DNA from: Octopus sinensis
Lineage: Eukaryota
Reading direction: 5' to 3'
Assembly (NCBI RefSeq): GCF_006345805.1
Contig: NC_042998.1
Coordinates: forward strand, 434,001 to 498,000
Length of the DNA: 64,000 nucleotides
Shown: positions 49,410-63,270 of the stretch, piece after piece
Position numbering within the stretch: the stretch's first letter is position 1
How the letters are laid out: each line of letters opens with the position of its first letter
The notes under the pieces: generated by a model
What the model saw: the letters and a program-made list of their open reading frames with translations, nothing else
Databases searched by the model: none
Told to the model about the DNA's origin: nothing
Made by a program: the position numbers and the translations under genes

Positions 49410-52129
49410 TTAATAAGCAGTAGACTTCATTTACCAATGCTTATTTCTTGCTTTTCAAGCAAATGAAAGCATTAAACAGGCTATTTCATATAATGTAAAC
49501 TGTTAAAAAACTTGCATTAATGATTAATGGATTTGATTTTATCCAAATTTTTGAATGAGTAAGAACTTGTATTCATGAAATTAAAAAATAATCAGGTTAA
49601 ATCTTGTATAGACATGTACACATTGGTGACAACAATATTGAAACTTATGCATATCCTAATTCTTATTTTGCAGACATGAATGAATACAGAAAATATTTCT
49701 TTTATAATAAGAGATATCCTGAGGAGAAAAATAAGGAGGATGAGGTGTTCAAATCATTTTTAAACTGTGTTAGAATGAAATACTGTGGAAACAAGTAGCC
49801 TAGTGTTTAGAGTGCTGCACTTATAATCATGAGGCTGTGGTTTTGATTGACTGGGTGGTGCATTGCGTTCTTGAGCAAGACACTTCATTTCAAATTGCTC
49901 CAGTCCACTCAGCTGTCAATTATTTCCAACAATAGCTGGGAAGTTAACCCTGCAAAAAACTGGTATTATGTTTGGAGGTGGGGCAGTGTTGTGATATCAG
50001 TCACTTATATGCCATGTAAACTGAGCTACGGTCTGGCATTATGAGCCCTGGGGCTCATGACAGACCTGGAATGAAATATTGGAAAAATCTAGATGAGTAG
50101 TTTAGAATCTTTAACATCATCATCATCATTTAATGTCTGTTTTCCATGCTGGCATGGGCTTTAGGCACTTTGAGAGGATTGGCGGCCAGCCAGAAAGCTG
50201 TCCAGGCTCCAATGGTCTGTTTCAATATGGCTGGATGCCCTTCCTAATGCCAAAAAGTTTACAGAGTGTACTGGGTACCTTTGACAAGGCACTAGCAAGG
50301 GTGATCTTTATGTGGTACCAGCATGGGTAATTTTCTACATGGCAGTAGCACAAATGCTTTTCACAAGGCATTGGTACAGGTGCTTTTTATGTGACACTGA
50401 AATGGGTACTTTTTACATGGCACAAGCACCCTGCAAGACATGGATCACTCAGCTGAGAGAAGGAGTGGAGGGCATCCAGATAAATTTGTCGAAAGTTGAA
50501 GGAAGGGGAAAAAATATGACCTAGATAATTCAAGGGGTTGTTTTTCCTGCAGAAGAAAGACTATTAAAATGTTTTTTTTATATTAGGAATGTAATTCTAA
50601 AAATTAAAAAGTGTGGTAAGAAGCTGGTTTCCAAACCACACAGTTCCGGGTTCAGTCCCACTGCACAGCACCTTGGGCAAGTGTCTTCTACGATAGACAT
50701 AGGCCAACCAAAATCTTATGATTTAGTCCCTCCCCTCCACTGCTTGACAACTGGTGTTGATTTGATTACATTCCTGTAACTTGGCAGTTCAGCAAAAGAA
50801 ACTGATTGAACGAGTACCAGGTTTAAAAGAATAAATACTGGGGTTGACTCGTTCAACTGAATCCTTCAAGGCGGGGCACCAGCATGATTGCAGTCCAATG
50901 ACTGAAACAAGTAAAAGATAAGTCATTACCATTTTAATAAACAAGATGAGGTTGTTATTGTTGTTGCTCAATTTTGACTGAACAAAGCAATGACCAAATG
51001 TAGTCCAACCATAGCCATCATGTTTATTTTTAGACATAATATACAAAGACCATTATGGACATAATCCTATGCATTCATTTACTACCGTAGATTAATGTTT
51101 TAGGGAAATTTGGTTGCTGTTTCTAGCAGGTTGATTGACTGCACAGAGGCCTCCCATATTGGCTCATTAAAAACAGGATAGGTTGGTAGGTTACTGAGGA
51201 AGATTTGGCTGCCAGATCAAAAAGTTGGATAAACAACTTAGTTACTCTAATAATGAAACAGTAGCTGAATGAAAATTTGAACACATGGCCTTGCAGTTAG
51301 TAATCTAAGCCACTTGCACAACCTATGACTACAACAGCATTTTTTTAAATGTAACTACAGACTTCTTAACAGACCACATGAAAGATATGAAAATGAAGTA
51401 TTATACATTCACATATATACAGACATACATACACTCTTGTATACATAAATACACACATATGTACATACATATTCAAATGCATTTATGCAAACACACTGAC
51501 ATGCACATGTGAGTATACACACACACTCAAGCTGTATTTTAGAGGCAGCAGCCTGTGTATCATTTGCACATAGCTGATCCACATAATAAGAATTACACAT
51601 GCACTCTCTCACATTACACACACACACACACGAAAATGTGTTAGCTGCATCATTAATTAGCTAACTCCAGTCCTGGTCAGATGATGGTAATGAAATATCT
51701 AGGATTAATGTAGGTTTTATTGATATAAAATCCAAATCAGATTCCAGATCGGTAAATAGATAAATTTTAAAAAATAAATAAATAATAGAAATAGAAATAA
51801 ATAATAAAAACAGATAAAAAGTTCAGATGACAAAGAAATTATTAAATCGATGAGGAAAGCATAAGGCAAAGAGTGTGAAAGAAAATTCAATATCAATAGT
51901 TTTTTAATCTGATTAAAATAGTGAAACAAAACTAAACACCTTCCCCACAACTCGCTACATCCACCACCCCTGCCTTGCCAGCAAAAATATCTGCTGGAAA
52001 GAACTGATAATAACTAGAATTAATAACCAACTAGTGATAAACTGGTGTTAGCATGAATTCAATGAGAAATATAGGAAAATAAATTAGATGGTTGGTCAAT
52101 GGTACTGCAGAGACAATAATTTAACCATG

Positions 52130-52465
52130 TGCATGGTTCATGGTTCAGTGGTTAGAGTGTTGGACTTGTAATCGTGAGGTTGTAAGTTTGATTCCTGGAC
52201 TAAGCTGTGTGTTGTGTTTTTTGAGCAAGGCATTTTATTTGATGTTGCTCCAGTTCTCTCAGCTGTAGAAATGATTTGCGACATCAATGGTGCCAAGCTG
52301 TATCAGCCTTTGCCTTTCTCTTGAACAATATTGATGATATTGAGAAGGGAGGCTGGTATGCATGGGTGACTGCTGATCTTCCACAAACAACCATGCCCAG
52401 ACTTGTGCCTTAGAGGGGAACTTTCTAGGTGCACATCCCATGGTCATTCACAACCAAAGATGGTC
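52130..52465 (+). mobile_element. tRNA-derived SINE type B
   Basis: Homologous to 23948-24292. Confidence 0.8.
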
Positions 52466-54904
52466 TAGGTGAGGTTTTAATCAACTCTGAAGTACCTGGC
52501 TTGTTTCTAGAAGCAACAGTCTAATGCCAAATATACTTACCATCTTTCCTTATATGGATATGCCATGAAGAAAAGACAAATCAATACATTTATGGCAACC
52601 ATGGGGCTGCTGATGTCAGATATTGGTTAAGTATAACCGTACAAAACTACTTTAGGGTTCCACCCACTGAATTTTCTGCTGGGATTTATTCCATTAAGGC
52701 ACAACAAAATTACTCCATTAATCTTTTTTAAATGTTTAGAAAATTACCCCAAAAGACATCATTATAATGGGCAACGTTTGTGCAGAGCCATTCCCGTTTG
52801 CTCATTCTTCAAACTTGTAGTGGTCTGGTGCAACAAGTACCATGAACCTAGTAGTTATAAAGATGCAGAATTTGAAGAGAGTTACTTTCTCTTAAGAGCT
52901 ATGTGTTCTTGGATCTTACCCACTTTTATTCTTATAATCTTATATTCTTTTATGTGCTTTAGTCACTGAATTTCAGCCATGCTGGGGCACTACCTTGAAG
53001 GGTTTAGTCAAACAAATCAACCCTAGCATTTATTTTTGAGTTTGGTACTTATTCTATCAGCTTCTTTTGTTGGAATACTAAGTTACAAGGATGTAAACAA
53101 ACCAACACTGGTTTCCAAATAGTGTGGGGACAAACACACACACACGTATATAATGATTATCTTCCATATAGATTCAAGTACCAAATTCACCCAGACCTCA
53201 ACTGGAAGGCACTTTCCCAAAGCCTTGCTAATTCAGACTGAATCTGGAGCCGCATAGTTGAGAAGTGAAGTTTTAAGTACAAAGCCAAGCCTGCACTTTT
53301 TGTCCCACCCCACACATAAAAGAAAGAAAAAAACTAGATTGTCAGAGTATTTCACTTCTTAACAGTAGAAATCTAATTTTATCCTTGGCTTCATAATATA
53401 ATTATTCTTTTCTCCTAAACTTTGGCCCCTGTCTGATTCTTCCCATTTTCACTTCCCCACCCCACACACCAGACAATAATTCTTGGAATATTTATTAATT
53501 TTCCAGTGGAGTGGTTCTGTAGAAGACACTTAAAAGAATTACTAAGTATGTTACCGATATTGAACTCTGGCTGGCTGAGTCAAAAAAGTGTTATACTGAC
53601 TCAGGTATTTTAGTTTTCTAATAGGTTAATCAATAGGCCTCTGCATTCTTGATGGGGGTGGAGATAAGGATGATGGGTAGAGTGCATATCTGTGTAGAAA
53701 ATGGGGTTCAGCATAGTTTGTTTCACAAATTCAACTCATAAGAGTACCACAGGCATGGCTCTGTGGTAAGAAGTTTGTTTCTCAACTAGATGGTTCCAAG
53801 TTCAGTCCCACTTCATGGCACCTTGGGCAAGTGTCTTCCACTATATCTTTAGGCCAATCAAAGTCTAATGAGTGGATATGGTAGAGAAACTGATAGATCA
53901 TCATGTGTGTGTGTGTGTTTATGTATATATATATATATATATAAGCCTACAAAACTTCAAGTTATGTGGAGCTGAATCAGACCATTATTAAATAATTAAA
54001 TAATCATCATCATTTAACGTCCGTTCTCCATGCTAGCATGGGTTATATATATATATATAAGCATGTATATATACATATAGATGTAGGTATGTACATATAT
54101 GTATGTATATATACATATGTTTTAATTATTATTTTGTTATTATATATATATACACACACACTTATTTCTCAGAGTATTCTTATCAGTTCTAAGTAACAAT
54201 GAAATTATTCCAGTGAAAACGTCACAGTTTCGTGAGCAGGATGTGGAGAGTAGCATACAAACATTAAAAAGAAAATTATACTTGAACTCAACTTTTACTT
54301 TAAGTTTGTGATAAATGTAATGAATTCAAAAGTAATTAGTTAGGCATACAAGAGCCTCTATATTAGAGGGAGGATAACTTTTTTATTAGCAAGGGACACT
54401 TGTCAATGCATAACAATCTTTGTAGTGCTTCTGTACTGAGAAAACTAATGAATCGTTTATTTTATATTTTTATAGCTATGCTACTTATGTTAAATTATTG
54501 TTTTGATTGTAAGGCTCAAATTTCTTTTCTCTTCTTCTCTGTTCTTTTTTTTTTACAGATAAGATTTTAGAGACTTTTGCAGTGGATGGTTTCAAATCTG
54601 AAGGCAGGGAAAATTTCCCTTGCTTCCAGTGGCTTCCTTATTCTTGCTCTACATCAGTTGTGAACAGACTGCAACCCAAGTGTCTGTGGGCAAACTGCAA
54701 TCCAAGGGTCTTTTTTGTCAGCAGCTCCTCAATCACAGAGTTTAGCAGAGACACTGTTTTAGAATTACCTTTTAGAACTGAGATTTGGGCAGAAATTGCT
54801 GAAAAAAAACCTCTAATAAGATTGTTTAAATTTACTTTTGGAAACAAAATTTAAATATGTCAAAATAAAAATGTACGGAGATAATACCACAAACTTATAT
54901 ATCC

Positions 54905-55280
54905 AAAATACTGATTTTGAATTTTGGCACAAGGCCAGAAATTTTGAGATTTGTTGATTGCATTGACCACAGCGCTCAACTGGTACTTATTTTATTGACC
55001 CTGAAAGGCAAAGTTGACCTCAGCGTAATTAGAACTCAGAACATAAACTTATATATCCAAAATACTGATTTCAAATTTTGGCGCAAGGCCAGAAATTTTG
55101 AGAGAGGGGGCATGTTGATTGCATGAAACTCAGTGCTCAACTGGTACTTATTTTATTGACCCTGAAAGGAAGAAAGGTACAGTCGACCTCAGCGTAATTA
55201 GAACTCAGAACATAAATATGGACAACATTCTGCTAAGCATTCAGTCTAGCATGCTAATAATTCTGCCAGCTCACCATCTT
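54905..55280 (-). mobile_element. Tandemly duplicated SINE type D 3' portion
   Basis: aaacttatatatccaaaatactgattt...gacctcagcgtaattagaactcagaacataaa occurs twice. Confidence 0.75.
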
Positions 55281-56282
55281 AAATATATCCCATATATTAA
55301 TAAAACATAAATGAGAAAAATATTGATTACACTGATAATAATCCACTTCACAGATGATGTAAGTATTACATGGCCAAGTACTTGAATAAGATGTATGTGC
55401 TCAAACTTTTTATCATCATCATCATTTATTGTCCAGCTTCCATCCTGGTTTGATAGTGTTTGATGATTTGGAGGACTAGATCATGCACTAATGTCTATTA
55501 TGGTACGGTTTTTGTGGCTGGATACCCTTCGTGATGCCAACCATTTTGCAGAGTGTACTGAGTGCTTTCTTTGTGGCACCTGCACCAGTGATGATAGTCT
55601 GGTAACATGAAAGGCATAAACTGGCTTTATAATTGAAGGAGAACAGAAATTAGACTGGTTGATGATCCCAGATGGAGGAGTGAGAGATAGTAAGAAAAGA
55701 GGATGGGAGAGCATGGCAGAAAACAGGGGAGTGGAAAGGGAGTAGTCACAGGGTTGAGAAAAAGAGATGGACAAATGTGAAAACGTGACAGGGTGGGTTG
55801 TATATGGGAGAGGTTCAAGGGCTGCCCAACATTATACGGGGTGAATATAGAGAAAAGATGTAGGGTAAAACAGACAAAAAGGGAGCAATAACATAGGGTG
55901 GGAGAGACATAAAAGTGATCGACATTTACAGCATTTAAGTTTAAATTTGAGCTTGACAGCTTGACATGAGTGTCCAAGTCATTCTTAAGCATTAAAACTC
56001 CCAAACACACACATATAGACATATTATAGAAGAAAAACTCATTCTGGACAGCAGTCCTTGCTTTGAAACAAAAGTTCTCATTTGTTTAGTATGCAGTGTC
56101 ACCAAACACCACAAGGCTTTTGCACATTTTATGACCAAATGGTTTGTTTTATTCACAGTGAAGTAATCATTTTTTGTTGATTAGAAGGACAGACATTTTC
56201 TAACCTCAAAAGCAAGTGTTTTCATACAAATAGTCTTCTTGACAGATTTCTCACCCTACTCCTACCAACAGCAACAAAACTC

Positions 56283-56443
56283 TACTACTACTACTACAAA
56301 TACCACTACTACTACTACTACTATTACAACTGCTACTGCTGCTGTCACTACTACTACTACTACTACTACAACTGCCACTGCTGCTGCTGCTGCTGCTACT
56401 ACTTCTACTTCTACTACTACTCATCATCATCATCATCATCATC
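56283..56443. repeat. Compound trinucleotide repeat (ACT/GCT/CAT)
   Basis: Direct inspection. Confidence 0.9.
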
Positions 56444-57119
56444 GTAGAAATCATCAGAATTCTTAAGACACTGATTAAATTAGCCTGCCTTATAGCAATG
56501 TATTATTAAAAGGTGCTGAACATTTCATTAGCTCTCACATATAAAAGTGTCCCTCAGAGTTAAGGCAAAACAACGCTGTAATAAAACGTCCACAGAATTA
56601 TATGCAACTGTTTAGACTTGAGGCTGTTTTACAGATGGCTGGTTGCATGTTAAACAAGAGTTTACTAATTATTTGCTCAAGGATGAACATATCTCTCTGC
56701 ATTGCTATAATCTCCAGCTAATTATTGATTTTACAAAGAAAAAGGACCTTCCAAGGTTAATTACCCTGTGTTACCTACACTCCAAGAGTGAGCAGCAAAT
56801 TAATCTCAATTATTATTCATTTCTTTATCCATTTCCCTCTTGACACACAATTGCCTTTCATAATAAGTCTCTCTCTCTCTCTCTCTCTCCTCATTACTTA
56901 CTCTCATCAGAAGTAAATGAATTAGGAAAATAATTTACTCCCAATTTTACAATTCAGTTCGGCAACGGGCTGGCAGAATTGTTAGCATCCCAGGTGGAAT
57001 GCTTTGTGGCATTTCATCTGTGTTTACGTTGTGTGTTCAAAACTCACCAAGGTTGGCTTTGCCTTTTATCATTTTGGGGTCTCTCTTTACTCTTTTACTT
57101 GTTTCAGTCATTTGACCAA

Positions 57120-57490
57120 AGGAGTGGCTGTGTGGTAAGTAGCTTGCTTACGAACCACATGGTTCTGGGTTCAATCCCACTGCGTGGCATCTTGGGCAAG
57201 TGTCTTCTACTATAGCCTCGGGCCGACCAAAGCTTTGTGGATTTGCCAGACGGAAACTGAAAAGAAGCCTGTCATATATATGTGTGCCTGTGTTTGTCTC
57301 CCCCAACATCGCTTGACAACCGATGCTGGTGTATTTACGTCCCCCGTAACTTAGCAGTTCAGCAAAAGAGACTGATAGAATAAGTACTAGGCTTGCAAAG
57401 AATAAGTCCTGGGCTCGATTTGTTCGACTAAAAAAGGCGGTGCTCCAGCATGGCCACAGTCAAATGACTGAAACAAGTAAACGAAAAGAG
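57120..57490 (+). mobile_element. tRNA-derived SINE type A, full length
   Basis: Complete head-body-tail; preceded by a short inverted copy of its own tail at 57085-57116. Confidence 0.9.
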
Positions 57491-57745
57491 TATATTGTGG
57501 ATGAAATACTGAGTGTATGAGAGTACAATGAAACATTAGTCCTTTGGCTCCTTCCCATTCAGATTACTCAGTCAAATGGTTTGCTTATTTATGCACCTTG
57601 ATTTCAATTAATCATGCATTATCTTGTGCTGCAAAATTTCAATGATGTGATGGTTTATTTTTACCATGACATTGCAAAGTAAACGTGAGAGGCCAGATCT
57701 GGCCTGTTTAAGGGCTAAAGGGCTAAATTTGTTTTTAACCTAAAA

Positions 57746-58137
57746 CTAGCAGTATTGCCTGGCATTGGTTGGGTTTGTTTCAACCCTTTTGAATTGGAAT
57801 TTTTGAAAAGTAAAAATTTTGCATTATGTAGCTTGTTATTATCTTTAAGTGAACATTTTTCTGGTTGAAATACACTGTAAAATGGCAACACAGCAGTCAA
57901 AAAAATTGTAAAAAATAGGGATTTTCATAGAAAAAAAAGCACCTTTTTGATATAAATAACTTTTGGTGTTAACATGGTCCGATTAGAATTTTTCTTCTAC
58001 TGAAGGAAGAGCAAGCCTTCTTCTATCATACTCTCAATTTTGGTCGACTTGTGCCGCAGGGTCTCAGAGGAGATAGTGTTAGTTGAAGGCTACCAAACCT
58101 GCCATACACAGACAACTTCAGCTTTATATATATAGGA
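57746..58137 (-). mobile_element. Non-autonomous Helitron
   Basis: Minus strand begins tcctatatatataaag and ends with decayed GC hairpin then atactgCTAG|t. Confidence 0.65.
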
Positions 58138-59619
58138 ACATACATTTTCCTTCTCACAAAAGTGGGGGTTTTGTCTTTGTTTTGATCTGTTTGAAGCATT
58201 GAAAGATTTGAAAATGTTATTTTTACATTGTTCAATTGAATCAGACCAGCCTATTAGCATGTTTCTCTTTTCAAGTGAAACTCACAAAAAAAAAGATGGG
58301 TTCAGCACAGGAAACCACTTATCCATTTAATGGTGCAGTCACTACTTACAAGAGATGTGTTGTTTTTGTACCTCTACTTGAATTGGATTGGGCCATGTGA
58401 GAGCTAAGTGCTGGAACACAGAGTTGGTTAGAGCATACGAACCACCAAGCTCAATGGCTGCTTACTCTTACCCTATCAACTTAGCCATCTAACACTCCAA
58501 AAGGCAAACATACAAGTAGCAAATATAAACATTAAAACACTATTTCAAACTTCTGACACAAAAAGCATGAACACCATAAACACTCCCTCTCTTTTCCTGG
58601 ATTACTTTACACACACACACACACACAAGTACATTACAAAACTGACTTGATCTTATCATTCAAACATGAAGAGGTTTTATATATAATCTACAAACAAACA
58701 TTTTCCTTTCTAGCTTTCACAAAGAAACAAACATTCTCTCTCAATGAAAACTATACATTTATTTAAATTAAGTTTAATAAACAAAAAAAAGCTGATACAC
58801 AGAATGAACGTAATAAGGTTTTAGTTCCATGTGATGTGTGAGAAAGAGAAAGTGTAACTTTACACTTAAACGCTTTGGATAAAAGTATTGTCAGGCAAAT
58901 TCTTCAATAAACTGAATGTCCATACAGTTAGACATTGGCCAATGAGGAATATGATATTTAGGTTATGCATAAGGTTGATGTAATGAAATTAATATAAGTA
59001 GAATGAAAAGTCCCATTATTGTCATAACAAAACTGTTCATTGGTTTCAACGTTTTATGAGTAGTATGGAGTTCTTGGCTATTTTGAGGAAAAGAGAAGTA
59101 TGGTTGTTGTAGAAATAAGGTTGTGGTTAATAACTGGTGCTGTGGGTGTAGAGATGCACAGAGTTGTGTTGGAGAGAGAGAAGGAAAGAGAGGGAGAGAA
59201 AGAAAGAGAAGGGGAAAGAGAGAGCAGAGTTGAAAGAGTAGGGAAGAGAGAGTAGGGAGAGAGAGAGCAGGGGAATTTCTGAATTCTCCAAGGGAACCAA
59301 AACAACATAAAGATGATGAATGGCTTATAGGATTGCATATATCTCAGAGTTAGTGTTTGCTTTTGAGGGGAGGGTGAAGTCAATTACATCAACCCCAGCA
59401 CTCAACTGCTGCTTATTTTATCAATCCAATAAAGATGAAAGGCAAAGTTGACCTTGGTGGGATTTGAGCTCAGAACATGAAGACGGATGAAATGCTGTTC
59501 AGCATTGCATCTGGCATGCTAATGATTCTGCTAACGATTCTGCCAACTCACAGCCTTGATGATGATGGAAGTGGTTTCAAATCCGTTACAAGGCTAACAA
59601 GCTTAGAGGAGGGGATAAT

Positions 59620-60145
59620 GGAAGTCTGTTGGGGTTCGACAATGACATCAGTGATGCCGGAGGTAGGAGCGGAATCCAAAGGCAGACGCACAGACACGGC
59701 CACATGTTGGGCATGTAACAGCAGAAGTAGTGCTTGTCACTTCTGGTCCAGGCTCTTCAGGCACTTTTCCTCGAACAGCCTAACACCCTTTTGGACAGCT
59801 GGATGCCAGGCACCGCAGTCAGAGGCAAGCGATTCCCAGCCATGGGCTGAAATGCCACAGGCCTCAAGGGAAGTTTTCAGGCTGCCCTTGTATTGCCTCA
59901 GTGGCCTTCCAGGGTTTCTTGCTCCAGAAGCCAGCTCAGAGAAGAAGATCATCCATTCGGGTTACATGTCCGACCCACTGGAGCTGGGCCTTCATGATGA
60001 GGGCTTTGATTACGAGCATTTCACCTCTGCGAAGACCCTCAATGTTGGAGACTCTGTCCTCCCAGAAAATTCCCATGATTTTTCGCAAGCAGTGGAGGTG
60101 GAACTGGTCAAGTACTCGCATTTGCCTCCTTTATAGTGTCCACGT
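59620..60145 (-). mobile_element. RTE (BovB/RTE-1-like) LINE 3' fragment
   Basis: LDQFHLHCLRKIMGIFWEDRVSN, QLQWVGHVTRMDD, GRPLRQYK; frameshifted. Confidence 0.9.
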
Positions 60146-61493
60146 CTATAATAATAATTATTATTATTATTATGGTAGTGGTGGTTTCAAATGTGTCACA
60201 AGGCCAACAAGCTCGGAGGAGGGGGTACGTCAATTACATTGACCCCAGTGTTCAACTGGTACTTATTTTATCGGTTCCTGAAAAAATGAAAGGCAAAGTT
60301 GACCTCAGTGAAATCTGAACACAAAGTTGGAAGAAATGCAGTTAAGCACTGCGAGCTCACTACCTTGATGATGATGATGATGATGATGATAGCAGTAATA
60401 ATAACCCACCCCTACCACTCCCACCACCAACATCCTTAGAATTCACAATTAAGTGAGTGGATATTGTTATCTGAAGTCAGTACAGTTTGAAATTGTCTGT
60501 GGTATATGTGTGTGTGTATATATATATGTGTACTAAAAATATTTTACAACTCGATACTTAAACTTAAAATATCACTTGCATCATGTATATAAACACACAT
60601 ATACAATATTTAATCAATATCTACTGCCTCAAGCAATATCACAATAATGCTCTCAGTCACAAGTTATATGATGACAAATATTGTGTTATCAGTTTCACCA
60701 AAATAGATATCTTGCTACAGATTATATCAAGGTTATTATCTTCTGTTGTTAATTAATTAAAGAGGAAGAGAACATAAGTTAAAACAACAGCTTTTATTTT
60801 TATTGTCAAGAACAGATATACAGAATAAGTGTCAACAGACTTGGCTCACAAGCTACAGTTTATATCGACTTTGATGAAGAGATATCACACGGTATTATGG
60901 TATTTTATTGTTGATATCAACATGCCACAGGTTACATCAACATGCTGCAGGCTTAAATGCAATTCAAATATCTATCTGCCTCTAGTAATATCTCCAGGCA
61001 GATATCTGTCTTGCACTTGTCACAGGTGACAGACATAAAGGAGATCACCTGATTCACAACCAGCACCAAATGCAGTTTGTAATAACAATGGAATAAGGAA
61101 AAAGAAAAACAAGGCAAAACAAACAAAAAGATGATTTCTTTGGTGCATTTCTCTTTGGTCTCAGAAGAATTAATACTTGAGAATTTCAACCAAACTTTTG
61201 GTTTAATATTATCTTTAATGCAAATCAATAAATCAACTGTTGAGGTGATTGCAAAGTGACGTTTGTGGTGCACTGCGACAGAAGTGTCTGCAGCAATTTC
61301 TAATGTACAAAAATAGAATAGAGATTGAACATGTTAATCTTAGCTTTAAATATGTCTGTCTGCATGTGTGTGAACATGTATGTGTGCACATGCGTGTGCA
61401 TATATATATATATGCACTGACATATATATATTATATATGCACAGATATATATATATATATACACATATATATATGCACATACACACACACACG

Positions 61494-61527
<34 letters not shown>

Positions 61528-61757
61528 GAATAAAAATATTCTCACAACTTCCACATGAACAGGAAAGAGTGAGGAGAAAATGGAGAGCAAAACAAAAGAC
61601 AGTGCATAGATGAAAGAATCACCAAGTGCCAGAAATTGGTTGGCTATTGATGTTATTGTGTGGTCAGAAAGCATGTAAGAGTGTTGTTGTGTGTGTGTGT
61701 GTATAAATATCGGTCAGATGTAAGAAAATTTGCTCTGTTATACTTTTATACAGTTAA

Positions 61758-61898
61758 GTAGTATATTCCTGATTATGGGATATAACTAGTCAGAAAGTTA
61801 TCTTTGGTTTCATGTCTTCTATTGGACTTGGCAATACTGACGACCCTTCGGATGTGCTCTTTCTGACTGGTTATGTACCATAACCAGGAATATATTAC
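61758..61898. repeat. 40-bp-arm fold-back with hammerhead-like remnant in spacer
   Basis: Arms 61758-61797 / 61859-61898; spacer minus strand ccgaagg...gacat-GAAA-cc. Confidence 0.7.
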
Positions 61899-62051
61899 CC
61901 GACAATATATGTAAACACATACACATGTATTTTATTAGTTAGTCATCTGCAAGTTAGGAAATAGGTACACTTAATATGAAAAATACAGTGGTTATTCCCA
62001 TATTGCTAAGCAGTATGTCTGTTTCATGCAAATTATTGCATGACTATTACA

Positions 62052-62290
62052 GGTGGTGAGCTGGCAGAAATGGTAGCACGCCAGATGAAATGCTTAGCGG
62101 TATTTCATCTACTGTTATGTTCTGAGTTCAAATTCTGCTGAGGTCGACTTTGCCTTTCATTCTTTCAGGGTCGATTAAATAAGTATCAGTTACACACTGG
62201 GGTTGATATAATCGACTTAATCCCTTTGTCTGTCCTTGTTTGTCCCCTCTATGTTTAGCCCCTTGTGGGCAATAAGGAAATAAGAAATTA
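62052..62290 (+). mobile_element. tRNA-derived SINE type D, full length
   Basis: A box tggcagaaatgg, B box gagttcaaatt; tail aataaggaaataagaa. Confidence 0.85.
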
Positions 62291-62393
62291 TTACATGACC
62301 ATAACCAATAACATACATACACACACACACACACACACTGCTTGTTGTTCCCTCACCTGTCTTTGTCCTTTGTTTTCTGTACATTTAAACTCT

Positions 62394-62437
<44 letters not shown>

Positions 62438-63004
62438 ATATATGATGGGCTTCTTTCAGTTTATGTCTACCAAACCCACTTGCCCAGGGTGTCATGCAGT
62501 TGGACAACCAGGAATCATGCAATTGGGAAGCAAATTCCTTACCACACGGCCACTCCTGCACCTCGCTCTTGCTCCCCCCCCTCTCTCTCTCTCTATATAT
62601 ATATATATACACCGCAGAACATATATCCTTATTGCTCACATTTCATTGTGTCTCAGAGTCAGAAACCTAATTCTACTTCCTTAGAATCCTACTTCATTGA
62701 GATAACTTGAAGAATGATATTAGTTATTTTATAGCATACAAATAAGCAACAACTTCTTCTGTTATAGACACAGGCCAACCAAAGCCTTGTGAGTGGATTT
62801 GGTAGACAGAAACTGAAAGAAGCCCAGCATCATCATCACGTCCTCATTCTTTAACTTCTTCCTTTCATGCTGGTACAGGCTGGGCAGTTTGACAGGAGCT
62901 GGCAAGTCAGAAGTATATACCAAGCTCTACTGTCTACTTTGGCACAGTTTCTACTTATAGATGCCCTTCCTAATGCCAACCACTTTATAAAGTATATACA
63001 TATA

Positions 63005-63270
63005 TCATCATCGTCATCATCATTTAATGTCCGCTTTCCATGCTAGCATGGGTTGGACGATTTGACTGAGGTCTGGCGAACCAGACTCCAATCTGATCTG
63101 GCAGAGTTTCTACAGCTGGGTGCCCTTCCTAACGCCAACCACTCCGAGAGTGTAGTGGGTGCTTTTACGTGTCACTGGCACGAGGGCCAGCTTGTTGCTC
63201 TGGCAACGATCTCACCCGTATGGTACTCTTAGCGCTCCACTAGCAACGGATGCCATTCACCGAGTTTGTG
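63005..63270 (-). mobile_element. RTE LINE 3' UTR fragment
   Basis: (cat)n ttaatgtccgctttccatgctagcatgg... reverse complement of RTE terminus. Confidence 0.85.

Noticed and set aside
49673-49798. Possible exon after ttattttgcag
   Set aside because: Short, no good donor, no recognisable protein, runs into a SINE head
56239-56466. Poly-T/A/H ORF resembling a transcription-factor low-complexity region
   Set aside because: Entirely trinucleotide microsatellite with no flanking coding signal
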